DNA of 63,621 nt, filler included, from Diploschistes diacapsis (lineage: Eukaryota), in the NCBI GenBank assembly GCA_023645945.1. It is 24 parts of 24 records of this genome, joined end to end, with 100 filler letters (N's around TTAATTAATTAA, not from the genome) between each part and the next. Parts side by side here need not be neighbours in the genome. Positions count along the whole stretch, not along the records: positions 34,266 to 35,352 come from JALAIB010004019.1; positions 35,453 to 54,130 come from JALAIB010000402.1; 22 more parts are not named here. One strand, written 5' to 3'. Shown here piece by piece: positions 34,266 through 47,492 of the stretch (position 1 is its first letter; each line of letters begins with the position of its first letter). The translations under genes were made by a program, and so were the position numbers. Below the pieces are notes generated by a model. The model ran no database searches. It saw nothing but the letters and a program-made list of their open reading frames with translations, and was not told the origin of the DNA.

Positions 34266-35352
34266 TCACCACCCCACTACTGACCCCCTCCTCCCCCGTC
34301 ATCCATCCGGGCATCTTCCGCCCATCCACGGCCCCGCTCTCCACCAGCTGCCGCAACCCCGCAAACACGTGCGTGCCGTTGAACGTGAGCTGGATCTTTG
34401 GCGCCCACGGCTTCGTCTTTGAGGGGCCGTTGCTCCCTTCCGCTTCCGCTCCTGCTTCTCCTTCTTCTTCCTCTTCTTCCAACGTTTGATTGGGGAGCGA
34501 TATTATGGACGAGTCCTGCTCGAGCATAGACAGCGTGGATCGGCGCCCTCGTCTGCGCTTCGGGGGTTGTTTCGAGGAGGGTGGGGATGGAGGAGAATGC
34601 GGACGCCGCCGCTGCCGCTGCCGTTGGGGTATGTTGGGGCCTGCGACGTGAGCGGTGGTGGCAGAGGAGGGCAAAAAACGAAAAGGGTCCTCGATCCTCA
34701 CGGACAGCTTGTCCAGGCCCTGCCCATCGTCCGGGCGCGCCGTGCTCCCGAACCGCGCGGCGGCGATACCCTTCCTCCTCTTCACTTCCACAGTCGCACC
34801 GCTCGCATCGTCATCATCATCATCATCATCGTCCGTTTTGGCCCTCGCTCTCTTCCGAGATTCCCCTATATTTGCAGGAGGCTCCGGTATGTTCGCCTTT
34901 CCTACGCCGCCGCTGGAGTCCTCCCGAACCGCGCGTGTGATGCGCAGCGGTGGCCCCTCAGCGCTGCCGTCCGCATAGATGCTCCAGCCGCCGCTCGCGG
35001 CATTACTGCGCTCGGGACCCCGCGCGGCGACAAGCGCGGCAAGGTTCTTCGCGGTCAGGCTCGTGATCGCTAGGGCGTAGCGCTCGCCCGGGTGGGAGAG
35101 GGCTGCGGGGAGGGCGTCGATGAGGAGGGCGTGGGTGCTTTTCGTGGTGAGGGTCGAGGCTTTGGAATTGGCTTGGCCTCTCCCTTGGCTCTTGGAGGGC
35201 GAGGGAGAGGAGAGGGAGAGGTAGATGTACGGCGCGTCGTAGGGGAAGGCGAGGTAGAGGATTCGGAAGGTTTCGGGATTGGATTTGGGGTTGGATCTGG
35301 TGCGGGAGAGAGAGGAGAGGGCGGCTTGGCTGTTGTAGGGGGAGTCGAGGAT
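34266..35352 (-). CDS. CHL4: Inner kinetochore protein Chl4/Mis15/CENP-N, internal to C-terminal fragment
   Basis: ILDSPYNS...ILYLAFPYDAPYIYLS...RYALAITSLTAKNLAALVAARGPERSNAASGGWSIYADG...KRRKGIAAARFG...IQLTFNGTHVFAGLRQLVESGAVDGRKMPGWMTGEEGV, matching recalled Pezizomycotina Chl4 motifs. Confidence 0.85.
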
Positions 35353-35496
35353 NNNNNNNNNNNNNNNNNNNNNNNNNNNNNNNNNNNNNNNNNNNNTTAA
35401 TTAATTAANNNNNNNNNNNNNNNNNNNNNNNNNNNNNNNNNNNNNNNNNNNNGGAGGTAAAAGGGGGAGGTGGTTATGGGGGATATGATAGCATAC

Positions 35497-36593
35497 GGGA
35501 AACTGGCTGCGCAGGGTAAGGTCCTTCTGGCCGTGGCACTGGCGTGATCTTGATGCCGTGGTCGACGTTGTTGTTCGAACGACTATGCCCTCGTACGTGA
35601 CGTCGTCCACCGCGCCTGTGCCACCGACGGCACGCCCCGGCCAGACCCTGATGCGCGCGCCGTCCGAGGCGTTTGGCCATCGCACACGTTGCGCACGATG
35701 TCCGTCTCGCCGACGTACTGGCTCAGGCCGCGGACGCTGATACCGTGCGAGCCGTTGCAGTGCAGGTTTTGTGCTAGGAGGTCGGGCGGAGTTGGGCTTG
35801 AAGGAAGACGCAGTCGTCGCCGTTGTTGATGGTCGAGTTCTGGATCGTGATCGCGGGCGGCCCGGTAGGTGTCTCAGCCGTCCCGCGTTCTTGGCCGTGT
35901 TGTTGCTCTTGCTGAAGCCTGTGATGGAGATGTTGGAGATGGCGACGAAGTTATACCGGAATGGAGAGCGGACGAGGCTGAAGTCGCTTATGCTGCCGCC
36001 ATGCAGGCGTGCCGTGCCGAAGCGGACCGGCCGCAGGATCAGATCGTCCTGTGCATACAGGTCACACCAGACCCGCCCGTTCCCATCGAGCGTTCCGCCA
36101 CCGTGGATGTTCACGTCCCTCCCACCCAGCTGGAAGAATGTGGTGGCGTTCTGATACACCTGCTTGAAGGAGTTGGCTTGCCAGTAGGGCTGTGTCATTC
36201 GTGAACTGGATGTACCATGTGATGTCGAGATCGAGAAAGGTCAGGTTGAGAAGCAGTGCCGATCAGGCGAGTTGTGCCGCGAGGAAACACGACGTGACCG
36301 CCATTTTTACAGTCCTTCAGGCTTGCAGGATATATACTCGGATCCATCGGTGACCAGGTCGTCATAGCCTTGAACGTAGCAGACCCTCGCTCTGGAAGCG
36401 GAGTAGGGTGCAAAGCCGATGGGAAGAGGGCCGAAGGAAGGGCGTATTGAAGTGGCTCGTGGAGGCGCTGCTTTAGGGCCATGTGATGGGGAAGTTGCCG
36501 GAGATGGAGGACTCGGTAGGCTTCGTAGGTGGTCTTGGCGAAGGTGTTTAGATAGAAGAGGCCCACAAGGCCTGCGACGAGGATTGAGCGCAT
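35497..36593 (-). pseudogene. GH28 exo-polygalacturonase (PgaX/Pgx-like) pseudogene
   Basis: Signal-peptide-like MRSILVAGLVG. Motifs YWQANSF..YQNATTFFQLGG, GTLDGNG, DG*DTY (TGA at 35874-35876), [34 protein letters not shown] and CHGQKDLTL are spread across different frames. Confidence 0.88.
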
Positions 36594-39500
36594 TCTGGAG
36601 ACCTCCTCAACACCACTTGTCCCCAACATTTCAACAGTCGCGGGAGAAGGGGACTGGCCGCGGTGGAAGTATCCATGTTGACTCTAGCAAAGTTTCCACG
36701 AGATCTACCGGGGCTTTAAGATGGAGATGCCGTTGTATCTGATAGATCTGGAGAACGGCTTTTTGTGAGGGAAACAGTTCTACGAGCGCTAAGCCCAACT
36801 AGATTGTCGGATAACTCAAAATTGCTAAAAAGCATTCACTTGCCCTTAGTGCTTTATACAAAAGCTGTCAGGCTGGCGAGGTGTGAGAAAGTTAAAAAAG
36901 GTCTAGATTTTTTCTACATATTCTTAGACGCTAAAAAATGATCATTTGGGGCGCCGAGAGCTGGTCAAGTAAGCTCTGTCGGTTCTAGTTCAACTCGTTG
37001 CCAACTCTTTAGGATATATAATTAACAAGATGGGGATAGTTTAGCTGGAACATGATAAATACGGACATATTCCTTTGAACATTCAGATGGATACTCTCTT
37101 CATATCGGCCACCATTCTATGGACATCCTTCGTCTTCCTCTTCCTCTTCCATCATCACCCGATAGCCACCTCCTGAAACCCCTTTCGAGCGCTCAAAGAT
37201 GTTCTCCAACGTCCCCGCTTCCTCATGAAGAAGAATCTGGTATCCTCCCTTTGCCCCCTGTACTCTGCCGCGCGAGTCCTGCTCCTTGAAGCTCAATTTC
37301 AGGATCAATGAGTAGTATGTCCCTTTCGCCCTAAGCAGGTAATATGAGTTATACACCAGACCCCGAGCACCCTCTTTGCCGTCTGCTGCCGAGCTACAAG
37401 CAGCTCACCACTCTTAAGAAGGTCATTGCCTCTGAGAGAATTGATTGATGGCTTGCAGTTCGCGAGAAATTCATAAAGCATCGCAACGATGGAGATGTGT
37501 GGCAGGTGATTGTCCACGTTGATGGCAGGACAGGCTGGGTGAGATTCGCAGAAATCTTGGAGAGGTTTCGTCTTGGGGTTGAAAAACTAACGAAGCATTG
37601 CGTGGTATGTTTTCCGTGTTGCGGTTGTGTTCAATAAGAAGCTGGATTGCTATCGGCGCTGGTTCAGCAGTGAAGATAATCTTTCTTTTCCGGTACTCAC
37701 CTTGTCTGCTCTGTTCTGACGAGTGGGTGACGGGAGATAACGAAGGGCCCGAAGACTAAATAGTGATCCACGTGTTCGAGTTGGCTAAGGAAACGAACAA
37801 ATTGGAGCGAATTAGATTGTTCCCTTTCGACACTCGAACACGGGACTCCTTTTCGAGAAATCCATAACCAAACGTGAATGAGACCGCAATCACGGCCCAT
37901 ACCCCAAAACTTATGCTCATGACTCTTGTCATTCGCAAGAGTACCCCCGGCAGATTGCACCAGCTGGGATATATATGTTCGTTTCATCCACGGTTTCTCC
38001 TTTTCGCAATCATGCTGCGACTCTTCATCCATCATGTATTCACCATACATATTTGCTGTGTTCTGCCCTGACTTCTTTAACTGATGCATAGTGTACTTCA
38101 TCATGTGCCTTGGACTTGCGCTCGTCGGCAGCAAGAGTCCTTCACTCCACTAGTATTTTTGGAAGTTGAGTGTGTCTCTCCTGCTAAGCTGTATGTCTCA
38201 GCTAAGGTGTGTGACTCTTGCTGAGCTGTGTCTTCTGTGTTCTCGCATCAAATTGATTTCAGACTGAAAATAGCTGCCGTGGCTTCCCTTAGCTTGCTGT
38301 ATAGCTTCTAATATATAGTGAGCATGCAGCTCGCGTGGTGCGGCCGATCGCAGCGGACTCATATAGGAATACCTAATCTCAGTCATTCTGCGATACTTGG
38401 AGTATGTTCATTAATAAATGTCGGTATCTACCATTCCACTACTTTGGTGCCTTGAAGGGCTTGATTATCTTTCCTTACTCGGTTCCAGAAGGTCAAGCTG
38501 CCGCGTGCGTGATAGTGATCGGACGTCCAAACAACCATAGGGGGACCGTTATGGGTAAGAGCCTAGATGATGGGCTTGCTTCTGTGGTGCGTTCAGCTTC
38601 ATTTTCAATATTTGAGTGATCCTCTGCATCAGAAAACAATACTGCAAAAACGTCGGCTCTCTAGGAGTTCCGTAGGAATTCACTCTAATTTAGCTCCAAA
38701 AGAGATTGTTGAGTATCCGTTCAAGATGCCATTCTGATATGGTCAGCATAGTACTTCCTTCGGAGTCTGGTTCAGGTTCAGCGTACCCATACTCAACAAC
38801 CGCCCAGAACGCCGTCGCTATCCATATCTTTCCACTATATCAAAGTTCTCCACTTAAGTTCGCGTCTTCTCTGTGGTACAGGAAAATCTGTTCGCCGCTT
38901 GGGGAAGTGTCCGATATTCCACAGAGTAATATGGATGCAATGGCTTCAATCCAGGTTTATGGTTGAAGCAAAAGTTGTTGTTATTCTTTGGTAGTGTCTT
39001 ATGGACAACAATCTTCTCTTCAAATCGTCACGCTAGTTTTGGCAGAGCAGATGTACTGATACCGCCTTGAATGGGCAAGAACATAGTAATAAGAGGCAGA
39101 GCGAATGCTTGTAGGAAGTAATGAGAACCCAGACACTGAGCGGCAACATCAGCTGGCTAAATCAGGCTAGAGGTTAATCTGGAGGACATAAGAGACGCGA
39201 TCCTTTCTCGAGACTAAGCGGCTTCGACATCACAGCCTTCGATCAACATAGTATCTGCCGTGGTCACGGCTTGATCACAAGAAACCTCTACTTTAAAGAC
39301 GCTTTAATCACCGACGTGGCCTGTCTTGGGGAGGACTGATCACCGTCGTTGTTGATCAGCCACCCTAGGTATGTTGTGCAAATCTGCTCCGCTTTCCGCT
39401 TTGTCAATATTCCTCATCTGCTACCGGCCCAGACCATGCACGCTCAGGCATAGCCGCATAAGCTCATAGCTAGCGCCTGTAGAACTCGGTAAAGTCGCTA

Positions 39501-40377
39501 ATCTAAAGCAACATTATGATGCAAGATATGGCGTGTTGACGACTGGCGACTGGCGGCTCAAAAGGGTTCGGTCCAAAGTGTCGCGCTAAAGCTTGGCGAC
39601 GCCCGATCAGGAAGGAGCGTTTTATCAGGGGTCAAACAGAACAGTCACAGCTCACTTTAACATGTCGGCGAAATACAGCTTCGGAGCGCTGCACGGCCGA
39701 AAACTATATGGGGCAAAAGCCTACTTTGAGTATGGAACTGTAGTGGGTTGAGAGAGGCTGTAATTCCAACTGCGAACTCATATATCTGTAAGGAGATGCT
39801 GCGCTTCTTAGAGCGTAAATAGAAGTACGATCAATAATCGGGTGACAAGTACCAAGCTGGACTACGTGAAGCATTAGTTGAATGTCTGCTGACCCTGCTT
39901 GCACGGCCCGCCGTACCTAATGTCCATTACTACTTCTCTCTTCCTGAAAATACTTCGGCCTTCAGTTTCAGGTTTTTTTATGGCATCACGCCTAGTCCAT
40001 CTTATCTACAGCCGATCTCCTGCGAAACCCCCAAATCTCCAGGCAAGTGGGGTCGAGTGAACATGTCACCAGATAGAATTTTTCATCATCTGGTCCCAGT
40101 CTGTAGCAAGGATATTCGACATGGGGAATGAACAACGGTTTCCAAGCAAGCGCGCGGCAGCAACCGAGCCTATGAACAACCACATCAGTGCACCAAGCGC
40201 GGTACAGCGATCAAGTATGTGTGCCTCCGAAGGTACCGACAAATCTATGATGATGGGTTGACAATAAATGAGGTTCCATGCGGTTCCAATGGCGTCATCA
40301 CCAAGCAAGACCCGACCCTAAGCGCTGTGATTAACGCTATCAAGTGCAGACCTAGAGGCTGAGGCAGCTATGTACGC

Positions 40378-41301
40378 TGACGTGTATATGGGCGGATACG
40401 GAGAGTGCTCAGCGAAATATATGTGAACAGGAAGAATCATGGAAGGTAAGGGCGAAGCCAGGAAAAGCCCTATTCGAACCTGAGTCAGATGAAAGAAGGC
40501 CAGAGATGGTTCTGGAAAATCACAAGCATCAAAAAAAGGAGTGTGGCTGTGTGGCTGTGTGGCTGTGTAGTTGCGTGGTTGTGTGGTTGTGTGGTTGGTG
40601 GCTGTGACGTAGAAGTAGAGCATCAATGGATGTCAGCGGCGAGTCCTCCGCACATTCGCACTCGGCCGCTTCAAAGCGTGCATCAAATCACGCATCAAGG
40701 AGGCTTGCGTCAATTTCGTCATTGGTGGGGGTGAGGGGTAAGGGGTAAGGGGTCAGTCAAGCTTCGCTTCTGACAACATTGCATTATTATTATTGTTATT
40801 ATTAATTAGCCCCTCTCACTATTGGCCCAAGGCGGTCAAAGCCACACGATAATGACGATAGTGACGTGCAGTGCAGGGCAAGGCAGGGCAGGGGGTCAGC
40901 CCCCCTGATGGAGATCTTCAGGGCCTAATATTTCATTCTTAGAAATCCCATTGCCAATGTCCCCTGTCAATCTGACACCTCGGTTTCGGTGCATCATCAT
41001 CATCATAATAGACATCGAGATCTGCCTCTGCCTCTGCCTCTGCCCGAATGATGTAAGTGTTCCACGCATCCTCCTGCATAATGTAGCCCACGAAATTGAT
41101 CCGGGCATATACGTATACCTATACGCCATGAGCATGATCTCATGGTCATAAACCAACCACGGCCGGGAGATGAAGTCGATGAGTGTTTGTTTACTTGCCC
41201 CTCCATTCATACGTCACTCTCACTCACTCGCCATCCCATGCTCAAGGCTGATTCACGCTTCGTTGGGAGGTCCCCCCCAATGCCCATGAGCTGCTTATAA
41301 A
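40378..41301 (+). promoter_or_regulatory. grg-1 promoter with CRE half-sites, STRE triplet, CreA-type site and TATA box
   Basis: TGACGT at 40378, 40605 and 40862; ACGTCA at 41211; AGGGG at 40734, 40741 and 40748; GTGGGG (SYGGRG) at 40725; TATAAA 41296-41301. Confidence 0.55.
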
Positions 41302-41429
41302 CCTGGGCTCTTCTCCGCTTTCCCTTCTTTCTCTTCTTCACCACAACACCAACGCAAAGCCCACATCCAAAGACCAATAACCACAACAAATTTCCCCTTT
41401 CACAAGCAGACCTCAACTACTATTTCGAA

Positions 41430-41796
41430 ATGGAGTCAATCAAGTAAGTTTCTCCACCGTTTGCTTTCATCTTTTCTAACTGAGAGCAAGGAACGCTGCC
41501 AACTACGTCTCGGACAAGGCCCAGGAGACTACCGCTGGTGCTTCCAAGGAGGCCAACAAGAGTGAGTCCTTTAGGCAAGCTGTCCTGGTCTCAGCGTACT
41601 AACATCCCCTTGAAGACGTCGCTAAGGACTCTGACGCCTCCCTCGGCACCCGTGCCAGCGCTGGCAAGGACGCCGTCTCTGACAAGATGAGCGAGCACGG
41701 ACACGGTGTAGGTTGTCAACTCCACTACTTCACTCCGCCTACTGACAGTATTGAAAGGCTTCTGCCACTTTGAACAAGGAGGAGGCCAAGCACTAA
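41430..41796 (+). CDS. grg1: Glucose-repressible protein Grg1/Ccg-1 (71 aa); exons 41430-41443, 41491-41561, 41616-41707, 41758-41796
   Basis: Spliced product MESIKNAANYVSDKAQETTAGASKEANKNVAKDSDASLGTRASAGKDAVSDKMSEHGHGASATLNKEEAKH*. Three GT-AG introns with CTAAC/CTGAC branch sites. Absent from the ORF track. Confidence 0.95.
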
Positions 41797-44700
41797 GTGC
41801 TTGATTTGGACTTCCATAACTTCTCTCCTACGAGACGCTACATGATACCCTGGGCGGCATTAAATTGGTGCGATAGACGGAAAGAATTGTGTATCAGTAA
41901 TGACATGCATGCATGTTTGAAGGCAGGTGGACTGAACAAAACAAAGGGTGGGAGCCTTACGAGAAACTTTTAGCTTTAGCCGATCTATTAAGCTGTTGTA
42001 CCACCCAAATACTTGCTCATTTCACATTGTATCTTATCCCAGAAGCAATTCTATCCTTTTTGGACCAAGCCTTCAAACCAAGGATTCCCAAGATCCCAGC
42101 CCTCCAAGCACCTCCTACCCCTCCATGGAATTATCCCTTGCAGAGAAGCCAAAGCAGGGCCTCGTCTAAGCCCCTCCCTTTCAGTTCCCTCCCTGCATAC
42201 TCCCTCGGTTTATGTACCTTAGGTAAGGGTTGCAGCCTCTAGCTTGCGTGTCAGTACTACTTGTAGTAATACGGCGGTCGACACATCTCGGGGGATTGGA
42301 TTGGATTGGATTGGATTGAAATTAAATATACAGGCATCGGCTTGTATCTACCTCCAGCCCCGTAGCTCAAGAACACCACCGCAGTTCCGGCGTCCTCTTT
42401 CTTGCATGCCCGTTTTTGTACTTCTCGCCCCCGGATTCTGCTCTCAGAGTTTGTGTGTGTGTGCTCGAGAGAAGAAGGCTTCTACGCTAGAAGTCTGGAC
42501 GACGGAGGTTTTCTTCCCGGAACAAAACGGGTTTTGCCAGCTCTCTCTACTGGCCCGTTTCTTTTTTTCTCGGCCAGGCCATAGGTAGGTACCTCACTTC
42601 GTCTCACCTTTTGTCTTAAAAATTTTCCCCGTTGTTGGAAAAATTGTAACGCCCACGGGCTGCGCGCAGAACTGCATTTCTTTCTTTCTTTCTTTCTTTC
42701 TTGCGCAGGGCTCTGCTGCATCTGCGCTTCCCCTATTCCTATTCCCAGCGCTCTCTTCTTTCTCGTTTGGGATGGGAAGGTGCAGATGCTGGGTTGGTGG
42801 GTTGGTATGGGGACTATCCGCTGGTTGTGCCTTGTGGGCTCGCAGACTGCTGTGCAGCGGTTATGGCTCCTCTTCTTTGCGTGATGAGAGGGATTGGAAA
42901 TGGAAAGGCCCGTATGCGCCATTCGAAAGGGGTTTTTTGTAGAAGAAGAGACACGGACGCAATCGTTGGGGATACAGGTAAAAGGGCAGGAGAGGAATGT
43001 GGTGCGGGAGCGGAAATGAAGAATAGGTGGTTGGCATGCGGGACAAAACGAAGCGGTCACCTCGGCACGGGTCTCACCTGCGGAACCAAGTAGAGAGAGC
43101 CTTCATATTACATTGTTGCTGCATATATTTGAAGCATCTAGAAGACTTGCCCAACGACGACAAGTCCCATCCCTTACCCGAGTGTTGGGTATGCCACGGG
43201 AGAAATAAGAGTGGAAGAAATGCTTGCTGGCATGCAAACAATCTCCTCTGGGCCTGCAGCGAATAGAAATACTCTGATTGATGACGCCCAAGATATCATA
43301 CGCTGGCTCAAGGAGGGTTCCAACCTGCTCTTATCTCCTGTAAGAGCTTGAAGAACCTGTACGTGAAGGATTCGGAATAGGAGCGCGTAGCGCGAAATCA
43401 CGTATGGAGGCAAAGCTCAAACTGCTTACTCCCCCTCTAGACGCCCCTCGTTGGGCGATAGCCGACACAGTCTTTCGTTCGCCCCGGGCCCTGAGGCCTG
43501 ATTTCAGCACCTGCCTTGTTGAGTGTACGGGAACTCTCTCGCCGTCGATGTTGATACTAATCTTCCATAAAGAAATCTCGAGGGGTGGCGCACCGCCAAT
43601 AAAGACCGCTCGATAGAGCGAATAAGCGGAGTATTGGATAGCTTTGGTGTTCTTTGTTTGGTTCTTTTTTGGTTCTTGTTGTCATTCACACCTGCACCTG
43701 CGGCATTCGAGGAAGGATAGACAACGACATCCTCCCTGATGCTGACGACAGCCGTAATACATGCCTCGCTGCGGTACGCATAAAGACTAGGTTCCTGGGA
43801 TATGGACCGGTGGGATGCGGAGTAAAACACTCATGTTGTACTGTTGTTGGTCAGATGTGCCTTTGAAGGGGTCCAAGACCGGAGGATATTCCGGAAAATC
43901 GGTCCTCGTCGTCACCCCTCACCTGAATTGCCCTTGCGAATTGCATTTGCATTCCACCTTTTTCTTGCGCTTAAGGTGGCGAACTGTTGATGCCCCTCCC
44001 TCAGCAAAGAATCTCGATGCAACACAAGCAGTGGGTTTCATTTACCTATTCAGGAAACAATTGTCGAAGGATGGAATTAAGTGCCTCAGGATGTACGCAG
44101 TAGTTGGCGGACTTTTCTCCGTGGATGGAAAAATAACGTTAGACAAGCAGACGTCAAAAGCTGTTCTTCCAGGTTAGGATCAAGTGGGGTTTTATAGTGA
44201 CTGTGCTTGAGGCCTAAGAGCAGAAAAGTGCGCACCTAGCTGTGACCAATATACAGCGTAAAAAGTCCAGATCGCCTGGTGGCGACACTGCACCTGCAGG
44301 CTGATGCGAAGCGCGCTGGCTTCGAGCGTTTGAGATCTCACGCCGGCTGGCCGTTGGAGGACAGACTGCAACTGGTACGGAAGCTTGAGGATATTAGGAT
44401 AACTGCTCGAGACATGGAAATGTTGCTAGGGAGGCTCGCTGGATTGTTGTGTCGCCTGCGGAAGCCTTTGTGTGTGTAGTTGGTGCGGCTGTTGGATATG
44501 GTAGATCTGATGTTGAAGATTTGCCTCGCCACCGAGAAATGGGCTCGATAGGACAGGATCGGTCCGCAATATAGGGAAAGGGTATGGAGAGAGCTCCGCG
44601 GACGTTGAGACATAAAGGATATGGGGTACGGCGATATCTGGTTGGTAGACGGTGGTGGGGTTCGCTAGGCGTACATGGATAATATTCGAAAAAGCTCCAG

Positions 44701-45211
44701 TGGTAGTTCTACGAGGCACTCCTCGCGGCTCGTCGCCGGCTCATCGCGGTTTGACCGGAGTGGCAGAGTCATCAAGTGAGGACTGTAACGGTGTGAAAAT
44801 TGACGACATCCGCTTCACTGATCAAGATAGCTTCAAAGAATGAGACTTTGGAACTTCTGAAAAAAGGGACGACCATGTATACGTACAATGTCAAGAAGAT
44901 GACGGTGTCAACAGCGTCACCATGAAGTGGGACTACGAGGAACGGTAGAGCTCAATCGACACATGATGGAAGGGTATCTAGTGCATTCAACCATAGGCCA
45001 AGGTTGGATATATTATTTCTGGTCCTTAACATAATCAAGTAGGCCGCCATCCTGCCATTACCGTTCCTTCTCCAGTAAATCTCATATCGTAGTAGCGTGG
45101 CTTGCTGAAATTTTGCGATAAGAATAGCAGGGAAAACGGTACTGTAAACACGCTGTGTTATTGCACCCCGTTGTTGCTGCAGCTTTCTCATTATTCCGTC
45201 GTTACTGGTGT

Positions 45212-46246
45212 CTAAGGTTGCTCGACAGCAAAGCCTCGAGCTTCTTCCCGTGGAGTGGCTGAGTACTGGTAGCCGAGGACACGGGGAGACATGGAAACTG
45301 ACGCGGTACCCGCCATGCTGCTCTGGTCATCGTCATCCTCAAGCGATGGGTAGTTGTCGCTCGACCGCCGGCTGCGTAATAATGTGTCACCCGTTGTTGG
45401 CTCGTGATAGCAGTGAGAGCATCTGCCGGCACGTTTCGAGATATCGCCGATTTGGCTCTGAAGGTATGATTTTATTTGAGGACAGCTGCACGTCGAATGC
45501 TTCAGCATCTCGCCCTTCAGAAAGAGGACTTCTTCTTTCAAAGAGTTTACTAGGGCACTCAAAGATTCCTTGTTGACCTGGAGCTCTCGCGCTTTCTCGT
45601 CAAGATTCGAAGCCCATTCCTTCTTCTTCTGTCGACATTTGGAAGCCGCGACCCGGTTGCGCTCGAGGAACTTTGAGCGTTTCTCGACCTCCACGAGGCT
45701 CGTAGGATCAACTTCCTTTCTTTTGCGCGACCTGCGATTGCGGCGTCGAACCTGCTTTGTGGGCATCTCCCCCGTGTTCTTGCTCCATGCCTCTTGCTCC
45801 TTCTTGATCGAGCTCTTCTTCTTTTCCCGACGACCGTTTAGAGAGCCTTCTTTTTTCTCTTCGTCGGTGCTAGGTGGCGTTATGCTTGTGCCCCTCGCTC
45901 TGATATTTCTGTGCTGTATTTTGGAGAATTCGGAATTAACACGTGTTTGCGGTTGATGAAGCGGCATATCGTCCGCTCTGGCCTGCAAGTACGTGGAGAA
46001 TGGCCAGTCAAGCGATACCTGATCTAGAGCGCCATCGAGATAAGAAGGCTCGAAAGGTGGCGTACTTGGCCGCTGAATGAAAGCCGGATACGGGAACTGA
46101 CGTTCCCCAAACATTGGTTTCGTCCCGGAAAAGTCAACATCGTGAGGTTGTGGTGCCGGACTATCCCCGCAGAGTCCTCCTTCAGATTGATGCTCTACTT
46201 CGAAATTGAAAAATTGCTCGAATCCAGGCGTCGACACCTGATGCAT
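45212..46246 (-). CDS. ATF/CREB-type bZIP transcription factor (Atf21/AtfB-like)
   Basis: KRSKFLERNRVAASKCRQKKKEW basic region, leucine zipper, and LKGEMLKHSTCSCPQIKSYL tail. Confidence 0.92.
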   Translation of the reverse strand: MHQVSTPGFEQFFNFEVEHQSEGGLCGDSPAPQPHDVDFSGTKPMFGERQFPYPAFIQRPSTPPFEPSYLDGALDQVSLDWPFSTYLQARADDMPLHQPQTRVNSEFSKIQHRNIRARGTSITPPSTDEEKKEGSLNGRREKKKSSIKKEQEAWSKNTGEMPTKQVRRRNRRSRKRKEVDPTSLVEVEKRSKFLERNRVAASKCRQKKKEWASNLDEKARELQVNKESLSALVNSLKEEVLFLKGEMLKHSTCSCPQIKSYLQSQIGDISKRAGRCSHCYHEPTTGDTLLRSRRSSDNYPSLEDDDDQSSMAGTASVSMSPRVLGYQYSATPREEARGFAVEQP

Positions 46247-47372
46247 AGCTATGGACGATTTCGGTAGTTCAGGTGGCCGAGGAGTAGATATAAATCATGA
46301 ACGTTCGAAAAAGGTGTGCTAACCTTCGACAGCAAATATTGCGGCTTGTATGGGAATTGGATAACAGAAGAATGTTTTTAAATCAGAAGAGGATTTTTTC
46401 AGACGAGTAACGAGTAACGGATGAGGAGACAACTAACGTTGGAGGAGGAGGAGGAGGAGGAGGAGGTGGAGGAGGCGGTAGCGACAGATTTTATTGAGAA
46501 GCTTTTTTACACAAGGGCAATCGCACCCGGGCGGGTTAATCGAAAGATGGCATTGGCACCACGTCGCACTAGGCTCAAGAATCTTCAGGCTGCTTTCGCT
46601 GTAGGTAGAATTAACTGAGGGCCTTTTTCCACCACCTTCACGGGTTCAATGGGTTGTTGATTGGGGACGGCTTGGGAAGACCGGCGTAGCTTCCGGAAGT
46701 CAAGTCATTGACCAATCAGTGGGCCTCCATTGGATGCCTAAAGGGATGCAAAATCACAGGAAATCGATAAGACAAAAGAGGGGAAAGTGTTGGATTGTCG
46801 GAGCGACATCCTAACCAATGAGAGTGATTGCCTGCTGCTGGAGGCGGGGTTGAGCTCTGGTCGGACATGGAATGGATGACGTCAAGAACGTCGTCCGGAG
46901 GAACTGCCGAAGCTCTGAGCCAATGATAGACCTGGCACACCCGCGTTGTGTGCAAGTTCTGCAATGACGATCATTGTGGCTTCACGGTCTCTGTTCCACC
47001 GTCATCGTGCTCAAAGATTCGCATCATGCCAACGAGAATTTCACGAGACTTTCCGAGAGCCTAGGCCTCTCTATTGACGATCTCGTCTGATCCCGTCCCG
47101 AGTCTTTGACATTTGACAATATTGTTTGAGTGAAAGGGAAGCCCCCTTCGTCGGTGCACTTTGTTGGATACTGTTCACTTGAATACCATGAGCACCAGCC
47201 TCTATATCTAGGTAAGCAAAAATACCCAAAGAAATCGCATGGAGTTCTCCATAGCTTAGATTTTATTAACTCACATAACACCGTCAAGAGCGTAAAAGCA
47301 TTCCCAACGGCAGTCCAGGAGAATCGAAGTGCGCTTACATAAATAACATCGGCCGTAGCTCCTAACGTACAC

Positions 47373-47492
47373 CCGCGTGAAATACTACAATAATGCCAAG
47401 CCTCCACTGTGCTTTCTCTGGAGAGATGAAATGTACAAGAGAAAAGGTAAACAATAGTGAAGGCTTGGCATTATTGTAGCATTTCACCGCGG
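47373..47492. repeat. Isolated ~37-bp inverted repeat forming a ~120-nt hairpin
   Basis: CCGCGTGAAATACTACAATAATGCCAAGCCTCCACTG pairs with TAGTGAAGGCTTGGCATTATTGTAGCATTTCACCGCGG. Confidence 0.85.

Noticed and set aside
37083..37560. Coding-like minus-strand stretch with short ORFs
   Set aside because: No coherent frame or recognisable motif.
43400..44770. F-box-like start (CLVELPLELFRIL) on the minus strand with scattered short ORFs
   Set aside because: Hits an immediate stop or frameshift, and I cannot support homology. Possibly a decayed gene; needs BLASTX.
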